Shown: positions 9,180 to 18,213 of the stretch, one piece after another
How the letters are laid out: each line of letters opens with the position of its first letter
Position numbering within the stretch: the stretch's first letter is position 1
Source: a virus
Taxonomy: Duplodnaviria; Caudoviricetes
DNA: 43,099 nt
IMG/VR virus record: IMGVR_UViG_3300011337_000085
Location: 1 to 43,099 of that record
Direction: 5' to 3' (one strand)
Program-made: the position numbers and the translations under genes
The notes under the pieces: model-generated
What the model saw: only the letters and a program-made list of their open reading frames with translations
Database searches by the model: none
Told to the model about the DNA's origin: nothing

Positions 9180-10064
9180 TTAATTTTTGTAGGTTTCAAG
9201 CACGAGGGCACGGCCCTGAGCGGTTTTAACAATAGCTGCGTATGCCTTTTCGAAGCTCTTCTCATTCTTTTCAGTTTGATAGGCTTTCGTCAGGTCTTTC
9301 AGCTTTTCGGCAGCAGTTTTCAGGTCGTTTTCTGCATCGGTTTTACCGACTTCCTGATAGACACCAGCAAAAGCAGCATCAGCAGCCTTGAGAAGCGTAA
9401 GCAGACTTTCATCAGCGCCTACAGACTTCAACAGTTTACCACGCTCATCAGCAGTGCCCTTAAAGTTCGGGAGTACCTCTTCGGCGCGTTTACGGAGTGC
9501 TTCAGCCTCTACAGCTTTTTGCATCTCTTCTAGTTTTTTAAGGATAGGCGCAGGAACAGCCGACTTGGCAATCATTTCGCCTTCAACTTCAATCGTGTCT
9601 TCCAAAGGTTTTGCTTTTTCGATAGCAGCAACCTCAAGTTCAGCGACCTTGGCTTTATAAATTTCAATCTCTTCCAAAAGAACCTTATTAACTTCTTCAA
9701 GTTCAATCGCTTCAGTCTTCCAAGATTTACGCATGGGCTTATCGCCGTAGTTACCCTTGTCTGCGTACATCATGTCTTCTTGGTCGTTCACCATTGCCCC
9801 ACTAGCATCCAACATTTCTGTCTTCATCATAGGGTCTTCTTTTTGGGCTTCCATTTGCATATCCATCATTTCCTCTTCTGCGGATTTGATTTCAATCTCA
9901 ATGGTGATGCCTTTTTCAAGGTCAGTAGGACCTAGTTTAACATCTTCTTCCATGTGTTCCCCTTCCGGGCTGCGCTTGTATAGGGCTACCTTAGCGAGTG
10001 GGTCATCGCCCATATCGACCAAGGAAACCTCTTCAAGTTCCAAGTTTACGAGTTCGGTGGGCAT
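9180..10064 (-). CDS. Scaffold protein with N-terminal EVSLVD segment; possible internal start at 9953
   Basis: Acidic coiled-coil ORF between protease and capsid genes. Confidence 0.72.
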   Translation of the reverse strand: MPTELVNLELEEVSLVDMGDDPLAKVALYKRSPEGEHMEEDVKLGPTDLEKGITIEIEIKSAEEEMMDMQMEAQKEDPMMKTEMLDASGAMVNDQEDMMYADKGNYGDKPMRKSWKTEAIELEEVNKVLLEEIEIYKAKVAELEVAAIEKAKPLEDTIEVEGEMIAKSAVPAPILKKLEEMQKAVEAEALRKRAEEVLPNFKGTADERGKLLKSVGADESLLTLLKAADAAFAGVYQEVGKTDAENDLKTAAEKLKDLTKAYQTEKNEKSFEKAYAAIVKTAQGRALVLETYKN

Positions 10065-10900
10065 TACACCATCTCCTTCAAGGCTCGTCCACCGATAGAG
10101 AACGCAGCCAGTTTACCGCTTTTAACATCCTGCCACACCTGATCGTCATAAACTTTCAGTGCGATTACCCAACCCTCGCGGTCTGATTGGATACCCAAAG
10201 CCTTGGCAATGTCGTTAGTCAAGGGCATGGAATGAACGACTTCCCCGATACTCTCACCAGTGTGCATAGCCTTGGCGGTTCTCATGGAAAGCATAAAATT
10301 AGTAGCTGCTTTAGCAATCTGATCTGGGCTAATAAATTCACCGCTGTGATCTAGGCTAATTTCACCTTTGACAGTAGAGACATAAGCCCAACCAAAGGCT
10401 AGACGCTCTTCATCCATCTGTTTAAGGATTTGACCTTCAATCTGGACCTCTGCTTTAGAAGTCATTTCAGAGACCGAGGTTCCTTCTTCCCACATGCGGC
10501 ATGACCAATAGCGGGGAGTTGTCTTATCTGTGGCGGCATCGCAGGAATGACGAGCGCGAAAGTTAGAACGAGCAGCAGGGTCATCACGACGAATCTCCAT
10601 ATTTGGATCACCGAAGGTAACTTTCTTAACCTTGTCACCAGACTTGACGTAGACACCAAACTTCTTGGTAGAGCCAGCGGGCATACGAAAAGGTTTGTCG
10701 AGTTCAACTTCACTACCTTGGTATTCAGCTTTGGCTACAGCTTGTTTGGCCTGAGACCAAGCACCAGCAAATGCCCTACTTTCCGTCATTCCATCTTCAC
10801 CCATCATAGAATTGAAGACGTTGCGGAAGACTGACTGTTGGTGAGCAGAGAGTTTATTTCGTACTGCTTTAGGCAGTTCATCGTTGTTACTGTATGGCAT
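10064..10900 (-). CDS. Prohead protease (XkdF-like) fused to a ChaB-like and a further small domain
   Basis: PY....LP..VR..L N-terminus; FGDPNM...FRARHSC...YWSC middle; FGWA, MH and FSIGG C-terminus. Confidence 0.8.
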   Translation of the reverse strand: MPYSNNDELPKAVRNKLSAHQQSVFRNVFNSMMGEDGMTESRAFAGAWSQAKQAVAKAEYQGSEVELDKPFRMPAGSTKKFGVYVKSGDKVKKVTFGDPNMEIRRDDPAARSNFRARHSCDAATDKTTPRYWSCRMWEEGTSVSEMTSKAEVQIEGQILKQMDEERLAFGWAYVSTVKGEISLDHSGEFISPDQIAKAATNFMLSMRTAKAMHTGESIGEVVHSMPLTNDIAKALGIQSDREGWVIALKVYDDQVWQDVKSGKLAAFSIGGRALKEMV

Positions 10901-11615
10901 CGTTTCTCACCAAAATCATAGAGAAGTTTGTAGTTACCCGTGTATTTACTGCCTCTACAAGAGCGGCTTGAATATCTAAATCAGTTTTCTCTGTCATAGT
11001 CACGGGAACAGGAAAGTCATACCGATAGGTACTTTCCGTAGTCTCTCCAATGTGAGCGATACGAAAGTTTTGACCAAATGGGCGAATAAGAAAACGAACT
11101 TGGGCATTTTTAGCTTTGTGGACACTAAAGTCACCACAGAGAATATAAGCTGTATGCCCAGCGGGGACTGTATAGATGCCGTTTAGGGTTTGTCCGACAC
11201 CAGCTTCAATCAAACCTACAGTGCTTCCGTTTGCAGTTAAGGTAATCGTTCCAGCGTTGTTTGCACCACTGTCTTTGTAGATAGCAGAAAGAACACGTTT
11301 AAACTGAGCCGCGCCAGTTCCAGAAGTAGTCCCATTAAAGTCAATTTCTTCTGTGATTGGGTTATAGTTGGCATCAAGCCCAGTGACTACAACAGAACCA
11401 ATGTCCAAGGCAGAAGTAGAAACAACAGTTATAAGTCGGGTAGAGTTCCAAAGCGACCAAGGGTAGTATCCCCCAGTTGTCCAGACTGTTTCATCAGCAC
11501 CAGTATCAACATCTGGATTATAACCTGTCACATGGACAAGAGAATAACCTTCAATCTGGCCTTGGGCGATAGAAAAGTAACTATCCCTTAGGATATATTG
11601 TCCCCAATCAGGCAT
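10887..11615 (-). CDS. Hypothetical beta-rich protein, probably virion-associated
   Basis: ORF between portal and protease; GYNPDVD and IYTVPAG motifs; function not recognised. Confidence 0.6.
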   Translation of the reverse strand: MPDWGQYILRDSYFSIAQGQIEGYSLVHVTGYNPDVDTGADETVWTTGGYYPWSLWNSTRLITVVSTSALDIGSVVVTGLDANYNPITEEIDFNGTTSGTGAAQFKRVLSAIYKDSGANNAGTITLTANGSTVGLIEAGVGQTLNGIYTVPAGHTAYILCGDFSVHKAKNAQVRFLIRPFGQNFRIAHIGETTESTYRYDFPVPVTMTEKTDLDIQAALVEAVNTRVTTNFSMILVRNDAIQ

Positions 11616-11627
11616 TTTTCTTTCCTA

Positions 11628-12974
11628 TTACTGAGGTGGTTCTTCTACGGGAGGGGCAGAAACTTTTGCTTCATATTTCTTACTGTCAAATTCAATTTCA
11701 GCAATGGCCATAAGGTCTGTAACAACCTCAGTCTGATCTTGAAGTTCGATACCAGCACCATTGATGTTCCGTAGAAAGGAAGCAATCTCACGAAGGTCGT
11801 GCGGAGCTACATCGCCAGCAATAAGTTTAGGCATAGTGGACCAATCAAGGCCATTCAGTTGCCACAGACGTTCTACGAGTTGCTTGTTTAGAATATCTAC
11901 AATAGTGTTGATGTAACTTTCCAGTGAACGAAGGAATAGGTCCGTCTTGGTCTTAGACAAAGCATAAGAACCACTACCAGAACCAAGCATAAGAAACTCA
12001 GCCATAAGGCTACGGGCAATGTCATGCTGATAACGCTTAACCACGGGGTCTATATCTATGGAACGAGAGCCATTAGCAGTGATCAGCTCAACATCCATCA
12101 GGCGTTGGTTAGTGGGCTTGCCATCAGCATCTACATATAGGTCAGAAGGCAATAGGGCGTAGCCCTGCTCGTTGTTCTTCAAGTCACGAAGGATACGTTC
12201 AAATTGTCCACGAAGGGCAGATTGATCCGCAGAGGCATCAGCACTCATATATTCCGCAGGCATACGGCCAATAGGTACACCATGTAGTTCTCGTTCGATA
12301 GCAATGGCTTCATAACTCTGAATTTTATTGAGATATGTGTAGCTAACGTAAGCATTGCGAAGTACCGATCTGCCGGAGGGATCATTATTCAGACTTGTGG
12401 TGCGATAGTAGATAGATTTCTCCACGGGGATCATGGCAATACGTTTGCCCCATGCAGCTTCTTGATACATCCCGAGGATTTCACCAGTCTGCTGTTCTAT
12501 TTCAAAGCTCTCTACAGTCCAAGGGGCACGAATAGCAATCTTCTTGATACCAATGCGGCCATCTTCGTATTTGGAGTTTTTCTTTGGAGAACGGAAGTCA
12601 CCCTCACGACGCTTATATACTACCTCAAACCAAGAAAACCCATAAGTCAGGTATGACAGAGCTTCGGAGATGTGATCATCAAGTGAGTGGTCCATGTCAT
12701 CAAGGACAGACTGTAGAAAGTCAGCTTCTTGCTTGGCTACAGCACTATCATCGGCAGGCTTAACTTCGATCTTAACGTCACGGAGAGTTTGTTCTACAGC
12801 GTACATGATGGAGCCAACGATAGCGTTGTTATCTCGCATCTCACGATACTTCTGGATAGCCTTCTTACCACGGAGTTCTTGAAGAAACTCGTCAGCCCGG
12901 ATATCACCCGTGTAGGTATTCTTACCCGATACGCCAAGCTCAATCTTAGCTGCTGTTTCACTCAGTCTCTTCAT
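11628..12974 (-). CDS. Portal protein (DUF935 / Mu gp29-like)
   Basis: 448 aa after TerL; YGFSWFEVVY, P.GRSVLR and GSYALS motifs. Confidence 0.9.
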   Translation of the reverse strand: MKRLSETAAKIELGVSGKNTYTGDIRADEFLQELRGKKAIQKYREMRDNNAIVGSIMYAVEQTLRDVKIEVKPADDSAVAKQEADFLQSVLDDMDHSLDDHISEALSYLTYGFSWFEVVYKRREGDFRSPKKNSKYEDGRIGIKKIAIRAPWTVESFEIEQQTGEILGMYQEAAWGKRIAMIPVEKSIYYRTTSLNNDPSGRSVLRNAYVSYTYLNKIQSYEAIAIERELHGVPIGRMPAEYMSADASADQSALRGQFERILRDLKNNEQGYALLPSDLYVDADGKPTNQRLMDVELITANGSRSIDIDPVVKRYQHDIARSLMAEFLMLGSGSGSYALSKTKTDLFLRSLESYINTIVDILNKQLVERLWQLNGLDWSTMPKLIAGDVAPHDLREIASFLRNINGAGIELQDQTEVVTDLMAIAEIEFDSKKYEAKVSAPPVEEPPQ

Positions 12975-12999
12975 TGGACTACCTGTACGTTAATTTCTT

Positions 13000-14406
13000 T
13001 TAGGACTTTGGGATAAGACCTTTCGCATCTGAATAGGCCAAGCGAAGTTCTGGTTTAGAAATACCTTTGAGGGCAAGTTCAGTAACAGCCCAGACCATAG
13101 CATCAAGACGATCAGGTGATCCAATAGAGCCAAGAGGTTCCCACTGGACTAGCTGATCTTCCAAAGCATCAAGGCCCTTGAGGTGTTTTACCTTACCACG
13201 TTCATATAAGGAGGATACTGGTTCGGCCCTAGCAAACTTACCACGAGAGGCATGTACGAGCTTGACAGGAACAGTCTCATCAACCGTATGGAGGGTAGAC
13301 CTAACCATATCACCACCTTGGTTACGTTCAGCTACAATCTTGTCAGCTTCGTACTGGTGGTAGAGGCCGATAGCCCTAGTGGCCCAGCCTTCAGGTGTAT
13401 AGCGATCAGTGGCGTCTTCTAAGATGTAGCTACAACCATTCAGGTCAATACCAGCTACAACAAGGCCAGTCATATCACTCTCAGCATTAGAGGTGACAGC
13501 AGGGTCTACTGAGATAACCACACGAGCAAGGGTCTTAGCGAAGGCTACAGGATCATCTACGCCCTCTACCTCACACTTAGACAGAAGGTCTCTAGTCCAC
13601 AAGGCACCAGAGGCTTCATCCATAATCTCAGCGTAGAGTTCTTGACGACCCAAACGGGTGCCTTCATACTGATCTTTGACTGCTTGTATATAAGTTGCTG
13701 CAAGGTTAGCAGAGTTATCAAAGGTTGAACCGTAGGTCACTACAGACTTAGGGTTCTTCATAATATCACGGACAAGTTTGGTAGGTCGGGGAGTTGTAGT
13801 TACACAAACTTGGGGATGCTTACCAAGACGAAGGGTAAATTGTAGCATGTCCCATGTGGCACGGTCTTTATTCCAAGCAGCAAGTTCATCACACCAAGCA
13901 GCTTCAAACTGAGGACCACGGAGACGCTCAGGCTCTTCAGCAGAGAAGAACAACACTGTAGGTTTAACCCTTTGGTCTTTGTACCAACCCTGATCCCAGA
14001 CTAATAATCTTTTAGTGGGGTACCATGTCGGGGGTCCAAGCAAACGACCTTTACAATCTTTATCGCCCTTCCAGCATCTAGCTAGAAAACCAGACTCACC
14101 GTTGACCATAACACGATCAATATCTGAGTTTGTAGCAGCAATAGCACCAACACGCATACTTCCGTTCTTTACTCTTGCTCTTACCCATTCAACACCAGCA
14201 CGGGTCTTACCAAAGCCACGTCCAGCATTGATAAACCAAGTATTCCAATTACCAGTAGGAGCAATCTGCTGAGGTCTGGCCCAGAAGTCCCATGTATAGA
14301 TGAGTTCTTCAGCTTTCTCCGGTGGGAGTTGCGATAGCAATGCTACTACATCTTCACCCATAGCCCTTAGGTCATCAGCATGGATTGGCAGACCATTTTT
14401 AAGCAT
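13000..14406 (-). CDS. terL: Terminase large subunit
   Basis: Walker A AGRGFGKT, LRGPQF..AWCDE, TTTP, nuclease VDPA and SPDRLDA. Confidence 0.96.
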   Translation of the reverse strand: MLKNGLPIHADDLRAMGEDVVALLSQLPPEKAEELIYTWDFWARPQQIAPTGNWNTWFINAGRGFGKTRAGVEWVRARVKNGSMRVGAIAATNSDIDRVMVNGESGFLARCWKGDKDCKGRLLGPPTWYPTKRLLVWDQGWYKDQRVKPTVLFFSAEEPERLRGPQFEAAWCDELAAWNKDRATWDMLQFTLRLGKHPQVCVTTTPRPTKLVRDIMKNPKSVVTYGSTFDNSANLAATYIQAVKDQYEGTRLGRQELYAEIMDEASGALWTRDLLSKCEVEGVDDPVAFAKTLARVVISVDPAVTSNAESDMTGLVVAGIDLNGCSYILEDATDRYTPEGWATRAIGLYHQYEADKIVAERNQGGDMVRSTLHTVDETVPVKLVHASRGKFARAEPVSSLYERGKVKHLKGLDALEDQLVQWEPLGSIGSPDRLDAMVWAVTELALKGISKPELRLAYSDAKGLIPKS

Positions 14407-14421
14407 GTTACAAAACCTAGG

Positions 14422-14823
14422 TTAATCTTCTTTGTTGTCCGAGGTTTCGTCACCTTGACGTTTCTTACCCAGCAATGCCAATAGGTCATCAATAGCACCT
14501 GTATCTTCTGCAACATTTTCTGGTTCAACTTCCTCAACCTTGACAGTTGGGTTCCAACCAGCACGACTACGAAGGAATAGTTCAGCGGCTTTTAGATCAC
14601 CAGACCTAGCTGCATTGATAACTACAGAACCAATCTCTTCTTGAATGGATGCCCTAGAATCAGCAATGTCATCACGATAGACCTTATAGAAGGTTTGGTA
14701 TGACTTAGGTGCATTCTTCATTGTGGCTACAGAATCAAAGATTACTCTCATAGACACACCAGCACGGATACCAGCCCGAATCTTAGTGGCAATCTTAAGG
14801 TCATGCGGAAGGGGAAGTGCCAT
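14422..14823 (-). CDS. terS: Terminase small subunit
   Basis: Upstream of terL; N-terminal HTH-like part and GD..AA..FL....GW motif. Confidence 0.75.
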   Translation of the reverse strand: MALPLPHDLKIATKIRAGIRAGVSMRVIFDSVATMKNAPKSYQTFYKVYRDDIADSRASIQEEIGSVVINAARSGDLKAAELFLRSRAGWNPTVKVEEVEPENVAEDTGAIDDLLALLGKKRQGDETSDNKED

Positions 14824-15167
14824 CTGTATCAATCTTTCTTTGTAGGTACTATAGTTTATAACTACAGAATGAAAAAGAAGACCTATAGAAAATAACCCTA
14901 CATCGGTAGGTGCAACTACAAAAAGGTTGAGAGTGATTCACCTAGTTGAAAGGTTATTACCTATCAGGTCTTACTTAAGTGGGTAGTCCATATGCTGAAT
15001 GCTTGAACAACTACAAAGAGGAAAGAGAAAACACAATCTTTGTACTGGTAGGCGTTGATACTATAGTACCCTACTATAGTTCTCTACTACAGTTTCTTTG
15101 TACAGAGATTTTGTTTTTTCTTTTCTCTCTGCTTGTTCTGTAGTTGAATACTATAGTTAACCCCCTA

Positions 15168-15211
15168 CCCCCTACTTATATATAGGTACCTTTTTTCGTC
15201 AATCGTCAAGC
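15168..15211 (-). promoter_or_regulatory. Conserved phage promoter element pointing into the late operon
   Basis: Reverse complement is identical over 44 bp to 26970-27013. Confidence 0.8.
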
Positions 15212-15867
15212 AAGAATCTGAACTATTTTGCATGAATCTGACAAGCTATTGGAATCTAACAAAAGAATTATTTGACCAACTGGTAAAAAGTGTACAATAG
15301 ACACATTATAGATTTCTTTACCTCTGTCCTCGTTGTGTAGCCACAAAGCATTAGCTTTAAAACCTTATTGGCTCTCTACTACATATGGTATGATTCCTAT
15401 GTAGGCATACAAGAGGTTCAAATCTTTTGTTTTGGATTCTTTTGGGGTAACCTCTGGCCACCGAATCACCCCCGTATAAATCCAAGGGTCCCACTGTTGC
15501 ATTAATACCACTGTCAATCCCCTTTCGTACAAATCCCAAGAAAAACCCCGGCTAAACTATAAAAATAAAACAAGTGTGGCATAAAAGATACAATAGGGGT
15601 AAGTTATTGATTAATAACGAAAGAATCTTCTTGACAAACGAAAGTATTAGGCCGGATAGCGATTCGCCATACCAATAGCTATTGTGCAAACACGCACCAA
15701 GGCAACGATTCAATGCCTATGACTACATATAAATGCACAGTAAACTATTGTTCTGATTGCACAATTAAGTTGCCTGCTATTGCCTCAGATAAGCCGATAC
15801 AATGGCCAGTAACGTAAGCGGGTAGGACAGACGCCAGAACATGCGCCACCCTACCCTGTACGTGTTC

Positions 15868-16032
15868 CTATTGTGTCACTGTATTGATCACAAGAACGTC
15901 AAAACCCCCAAGTAACATGTCAGACTGATAGGTTTGTGCCTTTGCCAGTGTCATAAGAGGGCCAAAGGGTTTAACCATGAAAGCGCCATTGGTTGCCAAG
16001 CGATAGGTTGCCAGTCCGATTTGTTTAGACAT
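15868..16032 (-). CDS. Hypothetical protein
   Basis: SD AAGGA before MSKQIG; last gene of the small leftward operon. Confidence 0.6.
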   Translation of the reverse strand: MSKQIGLATYRLATNGAFMVKPFGPLMTLAKAQTYQSDMLLGGFDVLVINTVTQ

Positions 16033-16225
16033 GTTCTGTTCCTTTGTGTTGATCGGGTACAAGCCCGATAGCTTGCGTGAAGTACGTGACTTTGTTGTAG
16101 TCAGGTGAATAGGCGCGCCCGAATATCTTAAGCCTTAACTGTTCGGGACTGTCTGCACGTTCGAGATACTCTTGGCCATGCGCTTTCCAGTGAGCACAGT
16201 AAAGGATTGCTCGGTTGTCCCTCAT
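16025..16225 (-). CDS. Hypothetical protein
   Basis: ATGA coupling with upstream ORF. Confidence 0.6.
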   Translation of the reverse strand: MRDNRAILYCAHWKAHGQEYLERADSPEQLRLKIFGRAYSPDYNKVTYFTQAIGLVPDQHKGTEHV

Positions 16226-16431
16226 TTAACCCCGTATATCAGTCCGTCTTTCATTGTGACATTGGCAAAAAATTCACGGCCTATTCCGGTAATATGCGGA
16301 CGGTTTGCAACTGTTAGAAAACCGTTGGGATTATACTCTGGCCCGAATAGGCTTGTCTCAATATAGCGCAAAGGTTTTCCGATACTTGCCTTCAATTCTT
16401 TCTTTGACGGGTATTTGACTACTAGTGTCAT
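16222..16431 (-). CDS. Hypothetical protein
   Basis: ATGA coupling and SD AAGGA; YPSKKELK...ETSLFG.EY. Confidence 0.7.
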   Translation of the reverse strand: MTLVVKYPSKKELKASIGKPLRYIETSLFGPEYNPNGFLTVANRPHITGIGREFFANVTMKDGLIYGVK

Positions 16432-17159
16432 GCGTTGATTCCTTTATTGATATGCTTCTTTCCGTTGCCATGCGCGACGATTGCAATAGATTTAGACTTA
16501 GATAAAGCCCCATTGCACAATCGGCAGGTCTCGCATGTTGCACGCCGTCCGCCTTCTTCACTAGCAGGACACAATGCTTCTTTTCCCTTCACTAGATCAG
16601 ATACACTAGACACAATTCTAAACGTGCGCTCGCCTTTATCCCAAGCCTCTTGCGCTTGCCCTAATGTATCTGCACTTGTCATAAGCATATCAGGCAAAGG
16701 ATTCTTGTCTGCATGCGTGTAAGCTGTCCATCCTTTTGAGTGACGTACAAAGGCTTGCCATATACTTACAGGAACCGCGCTAGGGTCGCCATATGATCCA
16801 ATTCTTACCATCCGCATAGTTGCCAGAGTTGCCAACTCATAAGCCGATATTCTAGGGTAAGAACCATTTACATAGGCTTTCCATATTCCCAATGGGCCAT
16901 GCAACAGGTTAACATAGCAGGCGCGTTCCTTTGCCCATCCGGTCGCTTTATCGGACGGCTTTCCCATATGGGGGCAGGTTCCGCATATACTTGCATCTTG
17001 TCCCGTGCGGCTTGCCTCAATCGGATTGATATCTTGGCGTATAATCCAAGTTTGAATCATATCTCCTGTTTTGCCATTGTCACTGTTCATTGTGGCGATA
17101 ACGACAATCGGCTTTCCGTCATAAAGGCTTGCGCCTTCCCATAAGATAAATCCAGCCAT
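16428..17159 (-). CDS. Cys-rich putative metal / Fe-S-binding protein
   Basis: N.KTG, CGTCPH...CYV, RIGSYGDP, YTH, CPA...CETCRLC; SD AAGGGG before MAGF. Confidence 0.7.
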   Translation of the reverse strand: MAGFILWEGASLYDGKPIVVIATMNSDNGKTGDMIQTWIIRQDINPIEASRTGQDASICGTCPHMGKPSDKATGWAKERACYVNLLHGPLGIWKAYVNGSYPRISAYELATLATMRMVRIGSYGDPSAVPVSIWQAFVRHSKGWTAYTHADKNPLPDMLMTSADTLGQAQEAWDKGERTFRIVSSVSDLVKGKEALCPASEEGGRRATCETCRLCNGALSKSKSIAIVAHGNGKKHINKGINA

Positions 17160-17170
17160 GTTCTTTCCCC

Positions 17171-17236
17171 TTACTCTGCGAAGATTACTAGGGCAGTAAA
17201 TGCCGCTATCGGTATCAGTATAAACAAGCAAGCCAT
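17171..17236 (-). CDS. Putative 21-aa membrane micropeptide MACLFILIPIAAFTALVIFAE
   Basis: SD AAGGA upstream; single hydrophobic helix; stop abuts the SD of the next gene. Confidence 0.45.
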   Translation of the reverse strand: MACLFILIPIAAFTALVIFAE

Positions 17237-17345
17237 TGTTTCTTTTCCTTGTCTCATGTTCCGTTGAGACTGTTTTGACATACTGGAATCCGATTCGCAA
17301 TAGTGAAAACTGGCAAGCTGAAAAATTATTATATGTAGATTCCTA

Positions 17346-17374
17346 TTGACTCGAATCGAATTCTATGGCATAAA
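17346..17374 (+). promoter_or_regulatory. sigma70-like promoter TTGACT-N17-CATAAA containing GANTC sites
   Basis: Near-consensus -35 and 17-nt spacer in intergenic DNA. Confidence 0.5.
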
Positions 17375-17803
17375 CGAATCAACAAGACAAGGGGCAGGCC
17401 GATTCGGCTGAGTTCGCAAAAAACGGGGAGGTACGGCTATAGCGAATCAGTGACAAATATGCAACAGATCAAGAGTCAAGTAAAAAGATACTATTGACAC
17501 GTATTTGTGATGTTATCGTTAACATTGTAACACGACCGAATCAGTCGTGATGGCGCTAACATTCAAGAAACCATATGTTAACGCTAACACGAGAAATCGA
17601 GTCGTGATTGTTTTGACAACTGGCAGTTTGGCCCCCTGTAAGGGAATTGTTCACCCCACCGAGAGAATTGTTCAAGGAAGCTGTGCTTCTGTAGCTTTAC
17701 AAATGCCCCCCTGCGAGGGAAATGAGCACCCCATCAAGGGAATTGTTCAAGGGAGACATATTGAATCCCATCTAACTATTTGTAGTTACAGCAGAAGTTC
17801 TTG

Positions 17804-17832
17804 TTGACGAATCACTTTAGATATGCAATAAA
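17804..17832 (+). promoter_or_regulatory. sigma70-like early promoter TTGACG-N17-AATAAA with GAATC
   Basis: About 35 nt upstream of the first rightward gene. Confidence 0.55.
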
Positions 17833-17865
17833 CAATGCAACAGAGACAAACAACGGAGAGACCAA

Positions 17866-18051
17866 ATGATTAATTACGAAGATATGACTGATGTAGAACT
17901 AAAGAAACTACTGGTGAAGACCATCAGGGAACGAGAAAGTCTACACTACCTTCTTGGTTGGTTGGAAGAGGCTTATACGCACTATTGTTTACCTGAATAT
18001 GAGCGTAGTATTGCCATCAAAGAACTCAAGAGATATGAGGAGAGCAAATGA
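17866..18051 (+). CDS. Hypothetical early protein
   Basis: SD GGAG; first gene of the rightward arm. Confidence 0.7.
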   Translation: MINYEDMTDVELKKLLVKTIRERESLHYLLGWLEEAYTHYCLPEYERSIAIKELKRYEESK

Positions 18052-18212
18052 AGAAGTTTCATGTAGTACTCTCTGATGAACTTGGAGAAGAGTTTAGTGT
18101 AGAGCTTGAAGCACTTGACAGGGATGACGCATGGGATACTGTAGCTATGGACTACCCTGAGTCTTCTGTAGTCTCTGTGAGTGAACTGAAACGATACATT
18201 AGGGAGGACTAA
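18048..18212 (+). CDS. Small acidic hypothetical protein (54 aa, MKKFHVVLSDELGEEF...)
   Basis: SD GAGGAG, ATGA overlap, fills the gap exactly; absent from the ORF track. Confidence 0.7.
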   Translation: MKKFHVVLSDELGEEFSVELEALDRDDAWDTVAMDYPESSVVSVSELKRYIRED

Positions 18213-18213
18213 A

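Noticed and set aside
4624-9533. Long plus-strand ORFs (4624-5403, 7815-8777, 9072-9533)
   Set aside because: Antisense to tube, capsid and scaffold genes; explained by codon bias; no recognisable motifs
17500-17760. LexA (GTTC-N7-GTTC) or CtrA (TTAA-N7-TTAA) boxes
   Set aside because: Half-sites are present but the spacing does not match
17547-17807. 86-aa ORF in the control region
   Set aside because: No clear SD and it runs through DNA repeats; probably non-coding
14833-17865. tRNA genes or a lysogeny module (att, integrase, repressor)
   Set aside because: No cloverleaf or T-loop signature and no recombinase motifs seen by eye; a tRNA scan would be needed to exclude fully
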